From Lytechinus pictus (Eukaryota): a DNA stretch of 64,000 bases. Position numbers and translations under genes: made by a program. Positions 43,201-57,900 of the stretch are shown here, piece by piece. Under the pieces are notes generated by a model. It was not told where the DNA came from. It saw nothing but the letters and a program-made list of their open reading frames with translations, and made no database searches. The first letter of the stretch is position 1; every line of letters begins with the position of its first letter. The stretch covers positions 31,498,001 to 31,562,000 of the forward strand of contig NC_087245.1 in the NCBI RefSeq assembly GCF_037042905.1, written 5' to 3'.

Positions 43201-45531
43201 GGCACTTGGTCTAATGCTACTTGGGATAGTGTCATTTGGTCTAATCCGAGATCATCAAACAACACTACAGCTTTATGTATTGGGTCTACTATAAGTGATG
43301 AATAATTTCCTTTTGGTCTAGGACCACTTGGTCTGGTACCACTTGGTCTAATATACAATCTCCAAAAAAACACTTTGGATTCAATTATTTGGTCTACTCT
43401 TAATTTGGAATGATCATCACTTGCCCCTATCATCATTCAACCTAGTTTGATATAGTCTAATTCCAAGATCTTACAATAACATTGTTGATGACTGTATTTG
43501 GTCTACTATCAGTTGTCCTTTGCTCCAATCGTCACTTAGTCTATCCAAGTGAGGTAACCTATTTTGTCTAAAGATCAGATTGTCCTTGCATTTACCATAC
43601 TTTTCTCCATGTTTTATTGTCTATTGATTATTTGGTTCATTAGTTTGTTGTTACAAATTAACCTCAAAGTGGTGTTACATTTGAATGGCAGGGTATACAT
43701 TGCACATGTGTATCAATATTTATGTGGAATCTTTATGGTAGTACTCTAAACAAATATTCAATGATGACAAAAACTCTGAATCACAAAGAAGACATGAATA
43801 TTTTGCAGAAGAGAGCAAGAAATCATTGTTTATAACAATATTCTCTCTTTGTCTGGCTGCAGGTTGACTGTTACAGATTACGATGGAGCTTCTAATTCTA
43901 CCATAGCAAATGTTACTGTTAAAGAAGGTATTTATGTCATTTCTCCTCTTTTTCTGTATCCCTAAATTTAATATTTTGGGTCAACTATTAATGTTATGGA
44001 TGAATAACAGAATTGGAAACACTGAAGAAACCCCTCATATTAAGAAGCCATATGTAGTACATATATGTGTAATTTCAAGCTTAACAAAATTTAATGTAAG
44101 AATGTAATCCCATACTTATGATACAATAAAAGCCATTTTTCCAGTTTGTTAGAATTCACATTCATGCTTGCATAAATGCATTTTTCAATTGATTGAAAGC
44201 TTCAAAGAGATATAAATCAAATACCTGCTTTAGTTGTGTTGTATTATTCAGTTTACTAAAAGTAAAGAAACAATAATCTGTTCGATTGAATTATGTTTAA
44301 ACCAGAATTGTAAATTATTGGTTAGCTCCAACCTGTATGTCAAATTTAATAATTTTGTAGTAATATATATCAAGAAAACAATTAGAGAGGACTATGTAGT
44401 ATGCCTAGCATTTAAGTGTGGAAACTCTTCTTGAAATGCTCACCGGAGAGTGGAGAAAGTGCATGCGTATTGTGTGGACACTCCAGGATCCGATCAACTG
44501 GATAATGATATATCCTGTTAAGAAATTAGAGATTTCTTTCCAATCTATTGATAGCTGTATAAAATTGGAATGTTAACAATTATATCATCATAATTAATTA
44601 TTCCTGAATATTGAATATATAGAGGAGGATTATACACCTCATGCCCAAGCTGGTCCTGATGTCGAGATCAAGCTTCCCGTAGACTTCACAACACTCAACG
44701 GTTCCAAGAGTAGTGACGATCACGGTATTACCAGCTATGAGTGGACCAAAATGACCGATAGGGTGGCTGATATGACAGTAAGGACCCCTGCTTTTATGAA
44801 ACCAGTCACCTGACCCTTGCCTGTAACATCATAAAAGATACGCTGTACAATCACCTAGTGATTGTAATTAGTGACACTAATTACGATTGATTGCGACTTA
44901 GTGTTCATGGTTGGCCATTGGCTTTATAGTTAAGATGAATGCCAGGGGCCCCGTCTTACAAAGAGCTGCGATTGATCCGATCAATCGCAACTATGGAAAG
45001 CCAGCAAAGTCAACATATAAAATGCATGTTTGTTCAAAACCTTTTCTAGATATAAATGTATATCCATAAATTCATTGATATCTTGACAATTTGGTGTGTT
45101 CTCCTTTGTTTACAAAGGACATTTTGCAAATTTTCTGTAGCAAAAACTATGACACGGATGGATTTCCAAAGAGTTATGATTGATTGGATCAATCGTAACT
45201 CTTATCGTAACTCTTTGTAAGACGGGGTCCAGCTGTGGTAACGATTCTAATGAAGTGATCACTTAAGTGTCTGTTTGCTTTAATGGAAAAAAATAAGCAT
45301 GGGATTCAGTCAGATGTCGAGTATTTTGAATGATAATGCACTGTCCCACATGTGCTTATCTGCGTTTGCGATCTCCAGTGTGCTTTTTTCAGACCTTCTT
45401 GTGAAATCAGTGTTTTCTGCAACAACTTTTGATTATCATTAATTGTATGATTGATTATATCTCTTATGGTATAAAGACCATTGACTTCCAGTTATGTTTT
45501 TTAATATAATAATAATAATAATGATGATGAC

Positions 45532-45564
<33 letters not shown>

Positions 45565-48500
45565 AATGATATTATTATTATTATTAATGATAATAATAAT
45601 TGCTTCATTGCCACTTCTTCGTCCTCAACATCTGAGTAATAATCCTTTAATTGCCATTGGTGACATCATCACTGCCAGATATGTGATTAAATTATATTGT
45701 TGCCTTTTAAAAAATGTAGGGATCTTCATCCAAGATACTTCATCTTACTGGGCTAGAAGAAGGAACGTATGTCTTCAAGTTGACTGTCACCGATGCTAAA
45801 GATCAAAAAGATTCTGATAGAGCTACTGTGATTGTCAAACCAGGTCAGTAAACTTGTAATATTTCTCAATCCAGACATAATTGGTGGTATTTTGATAGCC
45901 ATGGTTTAGTGAAACCTGGGTTAACTTACATGTAGACCATACTTTTATGGAGTGCCAGTTTTCACCTGATTCACCAATTGAAAATTATTCTTATCCTCCC
46001 GCACATGGTTATCAACAGATTAGTTGAGTCGTGAATTGTGAAGAATACAAAAATACAAAAGATGTTAATTTTAATGAATTAATTTGTACATTATAATTGC
46101 CATGAATATGTAAGAAATGTCATAATGCAAGCATTCCACAGAAATGTGTTTAAAATTATAGTTTAGACCAAGGTTACACCTAGTTTTAATTATCAGAATA
46201 CAGCCAATTAGGCAAAGCAATCTCATTTTATAAACAATTTTATTAAAAAACAAAAAAAATATTTTTCGAGTGTTATCATGTACAATGTACATGTGAATAA
46301 TCTGCTTTAGGAAAGTCTTTTGGAACACCAATCTGGAACGTCGACTAAATTAGAGTCTGCTGTATTGTTTTTCTCCATTAGTATACATGGGTGCATCTTT
46401 TTGTTAAAGCTTGAACACTGAAAACAAGGGAGTTTGCCGTGAGGTTTTTGCACCATGGATGATTCCAAGTGCAGTGTTAAATTTCTGGTGTTGGAGTTTG
46501 ACTAATTTAAAGATCATTGGTTCTCCATCACGATTCAACTCACTTTTTGATCTTAACTTTTATTGCTATCCTCAGAACACAATACCCCTCCTTCTGCGGA
46601 TACTGGGCCTGATAAGGAACTTACATTACCTTCCGATACCACATCCCTAGATGGGAGTGGTAGTACAGATGATCAAGGCATAGAGTCCTATCATTGGGAA
46701 CAAATTAGGTAAGACATTCTGAGGTTTATATTTTTTTACCCCTATATAACTTGGGAGGGGGGGTGCTGGGCCTAATAAGGAGCTTGTGTTACCCTCTGAT
46801 ACCGCCTCTCTGGACGGGAGTGGTAGTACAGATGATCAAGGCATAGAATCTTATCATTGGGAACAAGTGAGGTAAGACATTTTCTAGATTCATAACATGA
46901 TTATTAACTCCTTTTGCCAAATAAAGCGTTGACCCTTCCCTATGATACCACATGCCTGTATGGAAGTAGGGTTTAAATGACAAGGGCACTGTGCCATAAT
47001 GAAATAATGATTATGGTAATTTTTGCTATTATGGTAACTTTCAGGGAAATACATGTAGTACCAATACTCAGTAGCCAAACATAATCAAGATTCCTATCAT
47101 GAATTAGTCCAATGGTTAAGTATCTATAATCTTAAGTTTCGTAAATAAGCTCCAAGGTTTAGATCAATGGCAACAAGTAAGGAATGACATGTTTTTTTGT
47201 CAAAGTTTTCACTGTACAAGACATCTTAGTAGGTGAATTGATAGATCAAAGAAAGAGGCATACATGTATGTTAATAACAAATCAATTCAGTAATACCCGC
47301 TGCTGTACCATAAGTAGAGCCCCGGTAATGTATAAACAGAATTGTCCCCAATGATGTAACTTTAATCTGTAATTCTCCATCTACACAGTGGTCCAAGTGA
47401 TGCTGTATTGACCAACCCAGACCAAGCAACGGTAGATGTGTCTGGACTTGGTGAAGGAGCTTACGTCTTTAGCTTGACTGTCCAAGATAGTCAGGGTGTA
47501 TCGGACAGCGCACAGGTCACAGTTACTGTAAAGAGAGGTAAAGATACAAATAGAACATTGATGAGAGAGAGAGAGAGGGGGAAACAGACATACAGAGGGG
47601 AAAGAAAGAGAGAGTGAGTGAAATATAAGGGAAGGGACACAGTACAGGTTTACTGTTACTGTAAAGAGAGGTAAAGATATGAATAGAAAATTGAAGAGAG
47701 AGAGGGAAAGAGACAGACAGAGGGGGAAAGAAAGAGAGAGTGAGTGAAAGATAGGGGAAGGGACACAGTACAGGTCACTGTTACTGTAAAGATAGCTAAA
47801 GATATGAATGGAATGTCAGAGATGCCATGTTCAAAGACCAGCAATGTGTGAGATGTTAGAAAGGGAACCATGACTCGAGATCAACAGCCATTGTGTGTAA
47901 TATAAATCAAAATAAGCTGTGATACATTTGTGAGAAAGAGATTTGGGGAGAGTCTCATGCCTAATGCGTGAGAATTGGCATGTGTTGAATATAGATGGTA
48001 TAGAGAGACAGAGAAAGGGAGGGAGAGAAACAAAGAGACAAAGGAAAATGTGGGTTCAGATGCTCTTAATAATTTTACTTGGTTTGATGTTGCTGTATGA
48101 TTCTGCCAAGTGCTCTTATTACACTAATGAGAGCAAAGCTTGCTTCTCTTTCATAATGGTCAATCATTTTGTAGCCAGGAAGGAATCTTTTCTTCCACTA
48201 CACCATTAAACAAGCTTTTGTTATGCAGTGGTCGGGATGTAAAAGATGCATGTCTCATAATTTTGAGAATTGCACATACAGATTAACATAGCTAAATCAA
48301 GAAAATTCTCATCTGTGCCCCCTCTCTATTTTCCAATTTGCTATCTGCGCCCCCTCTATTTCAAAATCATTAATCCGGTCCTGATATGTAAGTGCAAATC
48401 TTATGTATAACTTGGTTATCTTTTTGTTTTGATGCTTGATCAGAGAGAAATCAACCACCTGTTGCTAGGATTGGACCCGATCAAGAGCTAATCCTCCCTT

Positions 48501-48628
48501 CAACATCGTTAGAGGTTGATGGATCGCAATCCTCAGATGATAAGGGAATAGTTTCTTATCTCTGGACTAGGAGTAATCAAAGTCCTGCTGCAGGGGTAAG
48601 GATGATGGTGGTGGTGGTGGTGGTGATG

Positions 48629-48682
<54 letters not shown>

Positions 48683-48725
48683 GTGATGGTGATGGTGATG
48701 GTGATGGTGATGGTGATGGTGATGG

Positions 48726-48775
<50 letters not shown>

Positions 48776-48809
48776 GTGATGGTGATGGTGATGGTGATGG
48801 TGATGGTGG

Positions 48810-48847
<38 letters not shown>

Positions 48848-48866
48848 GTGATGGTGATGGTGATGG

Positions 48867-48904
<38 letters not shown>

Positions 48905-51900
48905 TTGATGTTGATGTTGATGTTGATGTTGATGTTGATGTTGATGTTGATGATGATGAAGATGAAGATGAAGATGAAGATGAAGATGAAGATGAATATG
49001 ATGATGATGATGATGATGGTGGTGATGATGGGGATGATGATGACGATGATGATTCAATATTCAATTCTCACCCTGTTCTGTTTTATCTAGGTGGTTGTTG
49101 GAAACTCTAATCACGAACCAATCCTTCGAATGGTAGACCTTGTTCCAGGGCAGTATAAATTCACTCTCAATGTGTCTGATGCCAAGGGTGCCTATGGCAC
49201 AGATACGACTGTCATCACAGTCAAGGAAGGTATGTCACCTTGGCATCTCATTGTTATAAGCTACTGAAATCCTAGCATCTGATTGGCTGAGGGTAAAGTA
49301 GTCAGGGAAAATCACTGACACAACTTTTTATGGAATACTCACCTGAAGTTTATAGTGTTTAAGATGAAATTGTTGGAATGAGCAATAATCTCAATGTGAA
49401 TATATTATCGTATACTGGTAATTCAAAATCTAATTCAAGGCAGTTCTGACATATTTTAATCAAACAACAAATTTTGAAATATTGAAAACTTATTAATGAT
49501 GTAGTATGCTAAAATTTGCCCCAAACAACCCAATACAATTAAGCACACATAAGCATATATATGAATTGTAGCATTAAAGACAAAATGCCTTGTTTTTCCC
49601 ATATTTATTGAAGATATTAAATCTACCATAATCACGATATGAAGGTCAGCATAAATTGCTATAAAAGTGCCGCATTGTATAGAAGTAATAAACAGTGTGC
49701 ATGGACAATTTCAATCTTTAATGTAGAATCCAAATTGTGTCAATATTTTCAAGTTGTTTTTGATCTCTTTTATTTCAAAGTTATATGTATGTTTGGGACT
49801 GTAGGTCATTGTGCCATTGATCAATCTTCTATCATCATAAACATACACATTTTGTATTTGTTTGTCTTTCCCACAACAGACCCCCACATTCTCTCTCAGG
49901 TTCAGATTGTATTTGATGAAGATATCGCTCTGTTTACTGAGCAAGATAAGGTAAATATGCCTATCATAAAGTGTATACTTTAACGTTGACAATCATTTTA
50001 CTATTAACATGTTCAGACCAATAAATGCTTCCATGATTTGATGCAAGCATTCTGTCCAACCGATTGAATTATCTATTATCACAATACCCAGCTCAAGTCA
50101 GGTGCGTGTTCGTAAGTTACGATTGACTTTACAAAGGACTGGTGACCATTTTAGGAAATAAATCCAACACCAATAAAGTTCTTGTGCACATGTATATCCT
50201 TTACCGCAAGAAAGGGTCATGAGTCGCACCCAATGTCATTCGTAAGTTACAAACAGCTTTATGAAACACACACCAGGGCCCCGTCTTACAAAGAGTTACG
50301 ATTGATCCAATCAATCTCAACTATGGAAAGCCAGCAACGTCAACATCTAAAATGCATGTTTATTCAAATTATTTTCTAGATATGGTGTATGTTACATAAA
50401 TTCATTGTTTTCTTGACAATCTGGTATGTTCGCCTTTGTTTACGAAGGACACTTTGTAAATTTCATGTAGAAAAAATTATGACAACGATGGATTTCCATA
50501 GAGACACGATTCATTGGATCAATCGTAACTCTTTGTAAGATGGGGCCCAGATCTTCTTGCCATTAATGCATGCACACCAGTTTAGACTTGAATTCTCTAA
50601 ATATCTGTTTGTGTGAGCTTTTGATAAAGTTGTTGTCTTATGTTTAACATGCTATTAGGAGTTAAATTCATTACAATTTAGTTTGAATTTATTTCAATCA
50701 AGTCAGTCATAGACTTTACTTTTTTTTAAATGCTTGACTTTACATGATCTTCAGAAGAGTGTAATGTGTGTAATCAAATTTGAGCATTTCACAATCATGC
50801 GCATCAACATTCATTATCTTGAAAGGCGTACATGTTCTTTTCCTTGTGGGTGGACAATTTTTCCTAGATAGCATACACTGCAAGTGAGGAATGATAAATA
50901 CATGTAAAATAAATACGACTGAACAATGTATCCCAATGGCAGGAAAGAATATGGATAACGATCAGTGAGATCCAAAGAAAAGTTGTGTTTAACTTATGTT
51001 TGTAGTCAATAGACAGGGTTCCCAACCCATCAGGGAAAATTATTTTACTTTTTTCCAGTCAGGGAAAAATCAAGGAATTTGATTTTTTTTAAGTACCTCA
51101 AATCAAGGAAAAATGCCTCAAATGAGGGGAAAATCAGGGAATTTTGATAAGCCCAAAAGTCGAAAGCACGGTTGTCATTCAGACTCTGTTATATTTTGTT
51201 GCAGGTCAAAAACAACATCCAATGAATAGCCTTTTATGGTGGTACTAATTAGTTTTACATTATTGTTTTTATACTGAAAATACATGTAATTCAGTGCAAC
51301 AACTTTATAGAAAACATGCGAAACTGGGAATGGGTTTGAATAATTATTTTCAGGGAATTTTGTTTTCTTGAAAAGCTGGGAACCCTGTTAGAACAGGATA
51401 GAAATAGTGATCAATGCAGGGTGAGACATCAAAATAAGGGCCCAACTTGTGCATAAGGATTGCAGGGGAAAAATACACAGGGGCTTGGGGCAGTTTTGCC
51501 CCTGATACATGTATGCTCAAATGAAACCTGGGGGGTGTTTCACAAAGATTTAAGTATGTCGTAGGTCGCACTTAAATGTCGACGCGTGCATGCTATGCAA
51601 TGCGCAGTCTTATTGATCAATACGTAGTAGTGCGCGTCCTCTTGGCATGATCTGACCAATGAGGTCATGCCTATTATACCGCGCGCAACTAGACAATTAT
51701 AAAGTGCGACTCTAAGTCATACTTAAATCTTTGTGAAACACCCCCCTGGAAAATATAAAAAGCCCAAACAATTCCCCTTTCACTGCAATGTTAAAGCTTA
51801 TCCAATGTTGCAGATTTAGGCAGGAGGTTTTAAAAAGTAGCCATCGTAAATAAAATATTTTTTTGCATGAAGGATTGTCAAATTCACAAATTGTAGCATG

Positions 51901-54900
51901 ATCCATGCGTAAATATGTCTCCTGTTATGCTAAGAACATCGTATGGAATTTTGTCGATTCACAGAATGATCTGATAATGCCGCTTGCTGTGATGCTGGGA
52001 GTCAACAATGGAGATGTCATCATCCAAAGGATTGCGTTAACAGACAGTAAAATGTAAGTTTATAATTGCCTGATTTGATTAACCAGTCACCCCAAATTTC
52101 TCTCTTGTGATAATTGGCCTTATCTCAATTCATCCAGAGACAGGGGCACACTTCTAGAGTGGGTTAAACAAAGCTTGGTGATTGACAATACAGTTGATTT
52201 GAATAATTGATTGCATATCAATCCAGTCTATCTTCAAGAGTTGATATTAGAAATTCACCCTCCCGCAACTTCCGCTCAAGAAACAAATCACTCCTACTAG
52301 TTCCTGCCACCAATAACCAGTCTTATGGTTCACGGTTCATATTATTCCGCATCCCCTCAACTCTGGAACAATCTACCACAAAGTATAAAACAAGCAGATT
52401 CAACAGAGAAATTCAAATCCATGTTAAAAACCTACTTTTTTGTTATATAGCCTTTCCCTTCGCATGTGAAGCCCCTCAACTGTCTACAGTCTACTGTGAA
52501 CTATACAATATAAATTAGTTTTTGGCTGAAATTCCTTCTCTATTTTTATTTTTTCCTATCGAAGCGCTTAGAGACATGTTTTGTGACAAGCGCTATACAA
52601 ATAATGTTAATCATTATTATTATTATTATATAATCAATGTAATAAAGTGTAAATTTCATTCCTACAATCGAGTGATAAACTTTGTTTTACTGGGCACTAG
52701 TTGCTACAGATTTTTGGTTGGTTCCAGCTCATGTTTACGAGACTCACCAATATTTTGCAAAACTATTTTTCAAGGACATGAGAGAAAAAAAAAGTGTGCC
52801 AAACGTATGCTTCAGGCTCAAAAGCTTTGCAAAACCCCGCAAAATATTTTCAAAGCTTCTGGTTATTTGTATAGAGGATATGTCATCAGACACTTAATTT
52901 CATATCCTCTCCTATAAGAAATAAATTTTCATTCATCGTGTTCCATTTGAGAATTAAAATTTTATTCATAGGGAATTAGTATTTGAGATATTATGGGGAT
53001 CTACCCGCATATGACGTTGTGAATTAAAAACATTAAAAATGCATATCTCTCTTTAATATCTTTGATTGATTTTCATCAAGCCTTCACCAATATGTTTTCT
53101 GCTTTTATTAAAACCAACTTATAGTCAGGGTGAAATTCCTTTTAAAGATGTTGTGTCCTTCACTTTTCTTTTGTTCATGTTTACAGGCTAAAGGTTGAGT
53201 TTCTAGCATTCAACAAAACATCTCATAAACCCCTCCCTGGACCTGAGGTCTTAAAGAGATTGAAGAGCAAAGACATTATGTCACAGTCAGCATTACTCAA
53301 ACATAGTATATTAGAGTATGACACAGTAGGTAAGACAAACTTAAAAATAACTGTTCATAGCTTCTGTTGTTCTTGTATTTTGCCAACGAGTTTGTTTTAA
53401 ATTGCTTTGTTTACGATTCTTAAATTATGGGAAATAAAGTAAAAGTTTTTTTTTTTAAGTGATTAGGTAGAAACATTGAACTAGATCAGGGGAATACCAC
53501 TACACTATTTCCTTGGTTTTATTGATCCAATAATGAATGGTTATTTTCAACATAAATATCATGGAAATACATAAAACATATACAAATATTCATAATCATG
53601 AATTCAGTACAAACAAAATCACATCAAATTAATATTTAGTGTAAAATAATTAGATAAACCATTTTCATGCAAGAAAAGACATCTTCATACACCCCACTCC
53701 CTGAAAAGTAATTAAGAATTGTAGTATTCTGTCTTCAGCTTTTTGTTCAAAGTAGGTTGTTTTCTATGACATCTAAAATTAGGTGTCATTTCCTACAGTG
53801 TTTATTTAATCTCTTGCATCTTTCAGCAATTGACTTTTCTACTGTTTGAAAACATTTTACATATGTGACCTACATGTACCACCCCCAAACCACCAATAAG
53901 TCGCCAGGTAAGGTAAATAGCCAAAATTGTAAATTAGTCTCCAAAAAACAAAAATTTTAAAAATAGCTTATCAGAAAGAGCAATTCTTCTTCATACTGTG
54001 AAATTTTGAAGTCGTGAAGTTGAATAAAAGAAAAGATACAAGAGTTTCTTGGACACTACTTTTCAGACTGCTTGGAAGTTTCACTGAGATTACACAGTAT
54101 GCACATCTCATGCTTGAGTGAACCCTTCTTATTTTTTAAGCTCCTGCTGAATTTCCTCTGCATTCAATCAAGTACCAGTAATGAATATTGTTGGTCAATT
54201 TTAACATATTATATATCATTTTAAAGCTTAGGGAATTAATTTCCAAGCTCAATAAATATATTAATATTCATTTGGTCGACTTATTGTTGGGTTTTGGGAT
54301 GGCATGTCACATATTAAATAAACTATGTTCTTCTTCTTTCTGCACACAGTTTGCCAGAAGAACTGTTCCAACCACGGTCATTGCGACCCCTACACAAATC
54401 GCTGTGTGTGCGAGACATTCTGGATGGAGAACTTTATCAGGGTGAAATTCCAGGATGGAGAAAGCAACTGTGGTGAGTAGCATGGGCGAAAATCTGTCCC
54501 CAATGGTAGGGGGACCAGGGGCTGGAAAATTTGACAAGGAAAATTAAAAAAAAAGGTTATCACCCAAAATCTAAGGTCATTTTAACCCAAAAGAAACTTG
54601 ACAAGGAAAAAAAAAAATTCACCCAAAATGTAAGGTCATTTAGTCCAAAATACATGTATTATTTTGATTAATGAATTTTTCTCCATCATAAAAGACCAAA
54701 AATAGTAGGGGGACATCTGATATTGTGTCCGCCCTACTATTTTTGGTAGGGGGGACGCGTCTCCCCTGGGATTTCTGCCCAAGGTGAGTAGGATCTTATA
54801 ACAGAGGCAAGTTGTCCTCAGTCTGGGGCCCGTTTCATAAAGGACTTAAAACTGTTGTAACTTTGCCATTATGGCAACTACCATGGTAACAGGACTCAGC

Positions 54901-57900
54901 AGCCAATCAAAATCAAGGTTACCATTGTACATGTAGTTGCCAAAATGGCAAAGTTACAACAGTAAGTTGCAACTCTTTATGAAACGGACCCCAGAGCCGC
55001 TTCTTGCGGGAATCCCGCTGTGAGGGTGCTATGTGTGTTTTCATTGCATCTTTTCTGCATATGCCCATTACTTAGTCTGTAACAAATTGTGAGGATTGGT
55101 AGTTGTGATAAGCCGCTTGGAAAGATGCAGCTCAGACTTTTTACAAGATGCCATTTACTAAAACGCTTGGGAATACCAAGGATAAATGCCTTACCGAATG
55201 GCACCAATGATCCTAGATTTTATCCTCGCTTGATGCACCAGTGCCTTTCGGTAAGGCATTTGTCCTCATAACTAGGTTCCTCAGAGCGCACTTAAGCCTT
55301 TGATCCTCTGATTGCTTGCTAACTAGCATTCATGCTTTTTGTCTCGCCTGCAAAGCAGAGCGAGACTATAGGCGCCGCTTTTCCGACGGCGGCGGCGGCG
55401 TCAACATCAAATCTTAACCTAAGGTTAAGTTTTTGAAATGACATCATAACTTAGAAAGTATATGGACCTAGTTCATGAAACTTGGACATAAGGTTAATCA
55501 AGTATTACTGAATATCCTGCCTGAGTTTCAGGTCACATGACCAAGGTCAAAGGTCATTTAGGGTCAATGAACTTAGACCATGTTGGGAAAATTATTTTCA
55601 AAATCTTAACCGAAGGTTAAGTTTTTGAAATGACATCATAACTTAAAAAGTATATGGACCTAGTTCATGAAACTTGGGCATAAGGTTAATCAAGTATTAG
55701 TGAACATCCTGCTCGAGTTTCAGGTCACGTGACCAAGGTCAAAGGTCATTTAGGGTCAATGAACTTTGGTCAAGTTGGGGGTATTTGTTGAATTACTATC
55801 ATAACTTTGAAAATTTATGGATTTAGTTCATGAAACTTGGACATTAGGTTAATCAAGTACCACTGAATATCCTGTGCGAGTTTCAGGTCACATGACCATG
55901 GTCAATGGTCATTTAAGGTCAATGAACTTTGGCCGTGTTGGGGGTACATGTATATGTTAAATTACCATCCTAGCTCTGAAAGTTTATGGATCTAGTTCAT
56001 AAAACTTGGACATAAGAGTAATCAAGTATCACTGAACATCCTGTACGAGTTTCAGGTCACATGACTATGGTCAAATGTCATTAAAGGTCAATGAACTTTG
56101 GCCGTGTTGGGGGTATTTGTTGAATTACCATCCTAACTGTGAAAGTTTATGGATCTAGTTCATAAAACTTGGGATATAAGAGTGATCAAGCATCACTGAA
56201 CATCCCCTGTGAGTTTCAGGTCACAAAACCAAGTCAAAGGTCAATAAACTTAGGCCATGTTGGGGTAATTGTTGAAGTGCCATCATAACTTTGAAAGTTT
56301 ATGGATAGAGTGAATGAAATGTGGACATGGGTGTAGTTGACAGTCTTAAGTCTCCGTTCAAATGTCATTTATGGTCAATGAACGTGGTATTATGTCATTA
56401 TATGAATGATGTTTTTGTGAATGATTATTTTATAGTAGTTTTCAAAGTTAGCACTGCTGCTATATTAAATTGCGTAATGCAGGCGAGACTGCCAGAGGCG
56501 TTCCACTTGTTTACCAATCAGGTAGGAAAAAAAATCTAATTTTATTGTGTAAGTGATGGGAATTTCTTTCAAAGCTCAGTAGAGTATACAGAGTTTTCAA
56601 TCGATATTAATGAGATGTGTTCTAATGTAAATTAAGTGTTTTACTTCCTAACTGATTGACCCTCTCTCTGTGTCTCTGTCTGCAGATTGGAGTATTCTAT
56701 ATGTAATTATCGTATGTTTCCTGGTGCTAGTGGCCCTTGGTGTATGTGTATGGTTAATAGCCTGCTGCTGTGCAAGGTAAGTTGAACATAGCATGTTTTA
56801 TTCATCTCTTCCCAACATGAATGGACAAATATGTGACCTGCGACCCTCAAACCCACATAAGTCACCCTTGTAATGAATTTGAGATATCTATTGAACCTGA
56901 AAGGCACTTTCTAAGCTTTCCAATGATGTACATGTATGGCTTGTCAAAATTGATCAACAATAACACAAACAAGTACTTGATAGAATGCAGACAGAGTTCA
57001 GTGAGAGGTTCAAAGAATAAAGAGAAAACACGGTCAGGGGTTCGTTTCATAAAGAGTTGCAACTGTTGTAACTTTGCCATTATGGCAACTACCATGGTAA
57101 CCTTGATTTTGATTGGCTGCTGAGCCCTGTTACAATGGAAGTGGCCATAAGAGCAAAGTTACAACAGTTGTAAGTCTTAATGAATCGGGGCCCCAGAAGT
57201 TTGGGAATTACTCAAGCATGAGATGTGCACACTGCAATCTCTGTGAATTTTCCAAGCAGTATGCCAAAATGGTGTCAAAGGAACCCTTGTATATTGTCTT
57301 TTATCCACTTAAACACCTTCAAATCTTGACAGTATGAAAAAGAAGAAGAAGAATAAATCTTTCAGTAAAGCTAATTTTATCATTTTATCTTTTGAAAATC
57401 AATTATTATTTTGGCTATTTTCAGAGAACCTGCCCTGGCCACTTATTGTTGGTTTTGTACTCTTGGTGTGGCAGGCCATACGTATTGTTAAAATAAATCT
57501 TTAATTCTTTTGCCATTCAATTCGAATTCAGTGAAAAAATACTTATTTTCTTCCAGTTAACCTACCATGTTCCAACATCAAAACGTGAATTTGAAACAGG
57601 GAGAATTTCATTAATTTCACAAGTGAAGACAGTCCAACATGAGATATTATTCTTGTTTCAAAGTTGCTTGATATTTTAACATGCATCATGGTCCATTTGA
57701 TGAGTTTGTTTTTTATTCATGCATGAAATTTTGAATTAACCAAAATTTGATTTTCAATGTTTTTGCCTCGGGCTGTGGAGTTGTCTAATATGCTTGATCT
57801 AATCGTACATGGAGAACATGTTTTTATTATTTTGTTTGCGCTTTTGATGGGTGGTAAGAATGCAACTAATAATATTTTATTTTTCATCTGAATACTGTAT

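Noticed and set aside
43050..43436. 128-aa minus-strand ORF with LDQ repeats
   Set aside because: Derived from the TTGGTCTA repeat array, antisense to an intron/exon; no other coding support.
48533..49090. Poly-His, poly-Ser/Pro and poly-Met ORFs of 160-175 aa
   Set aside because: Translations of a (GAT)n-type microsatellite lying within a defined intron.
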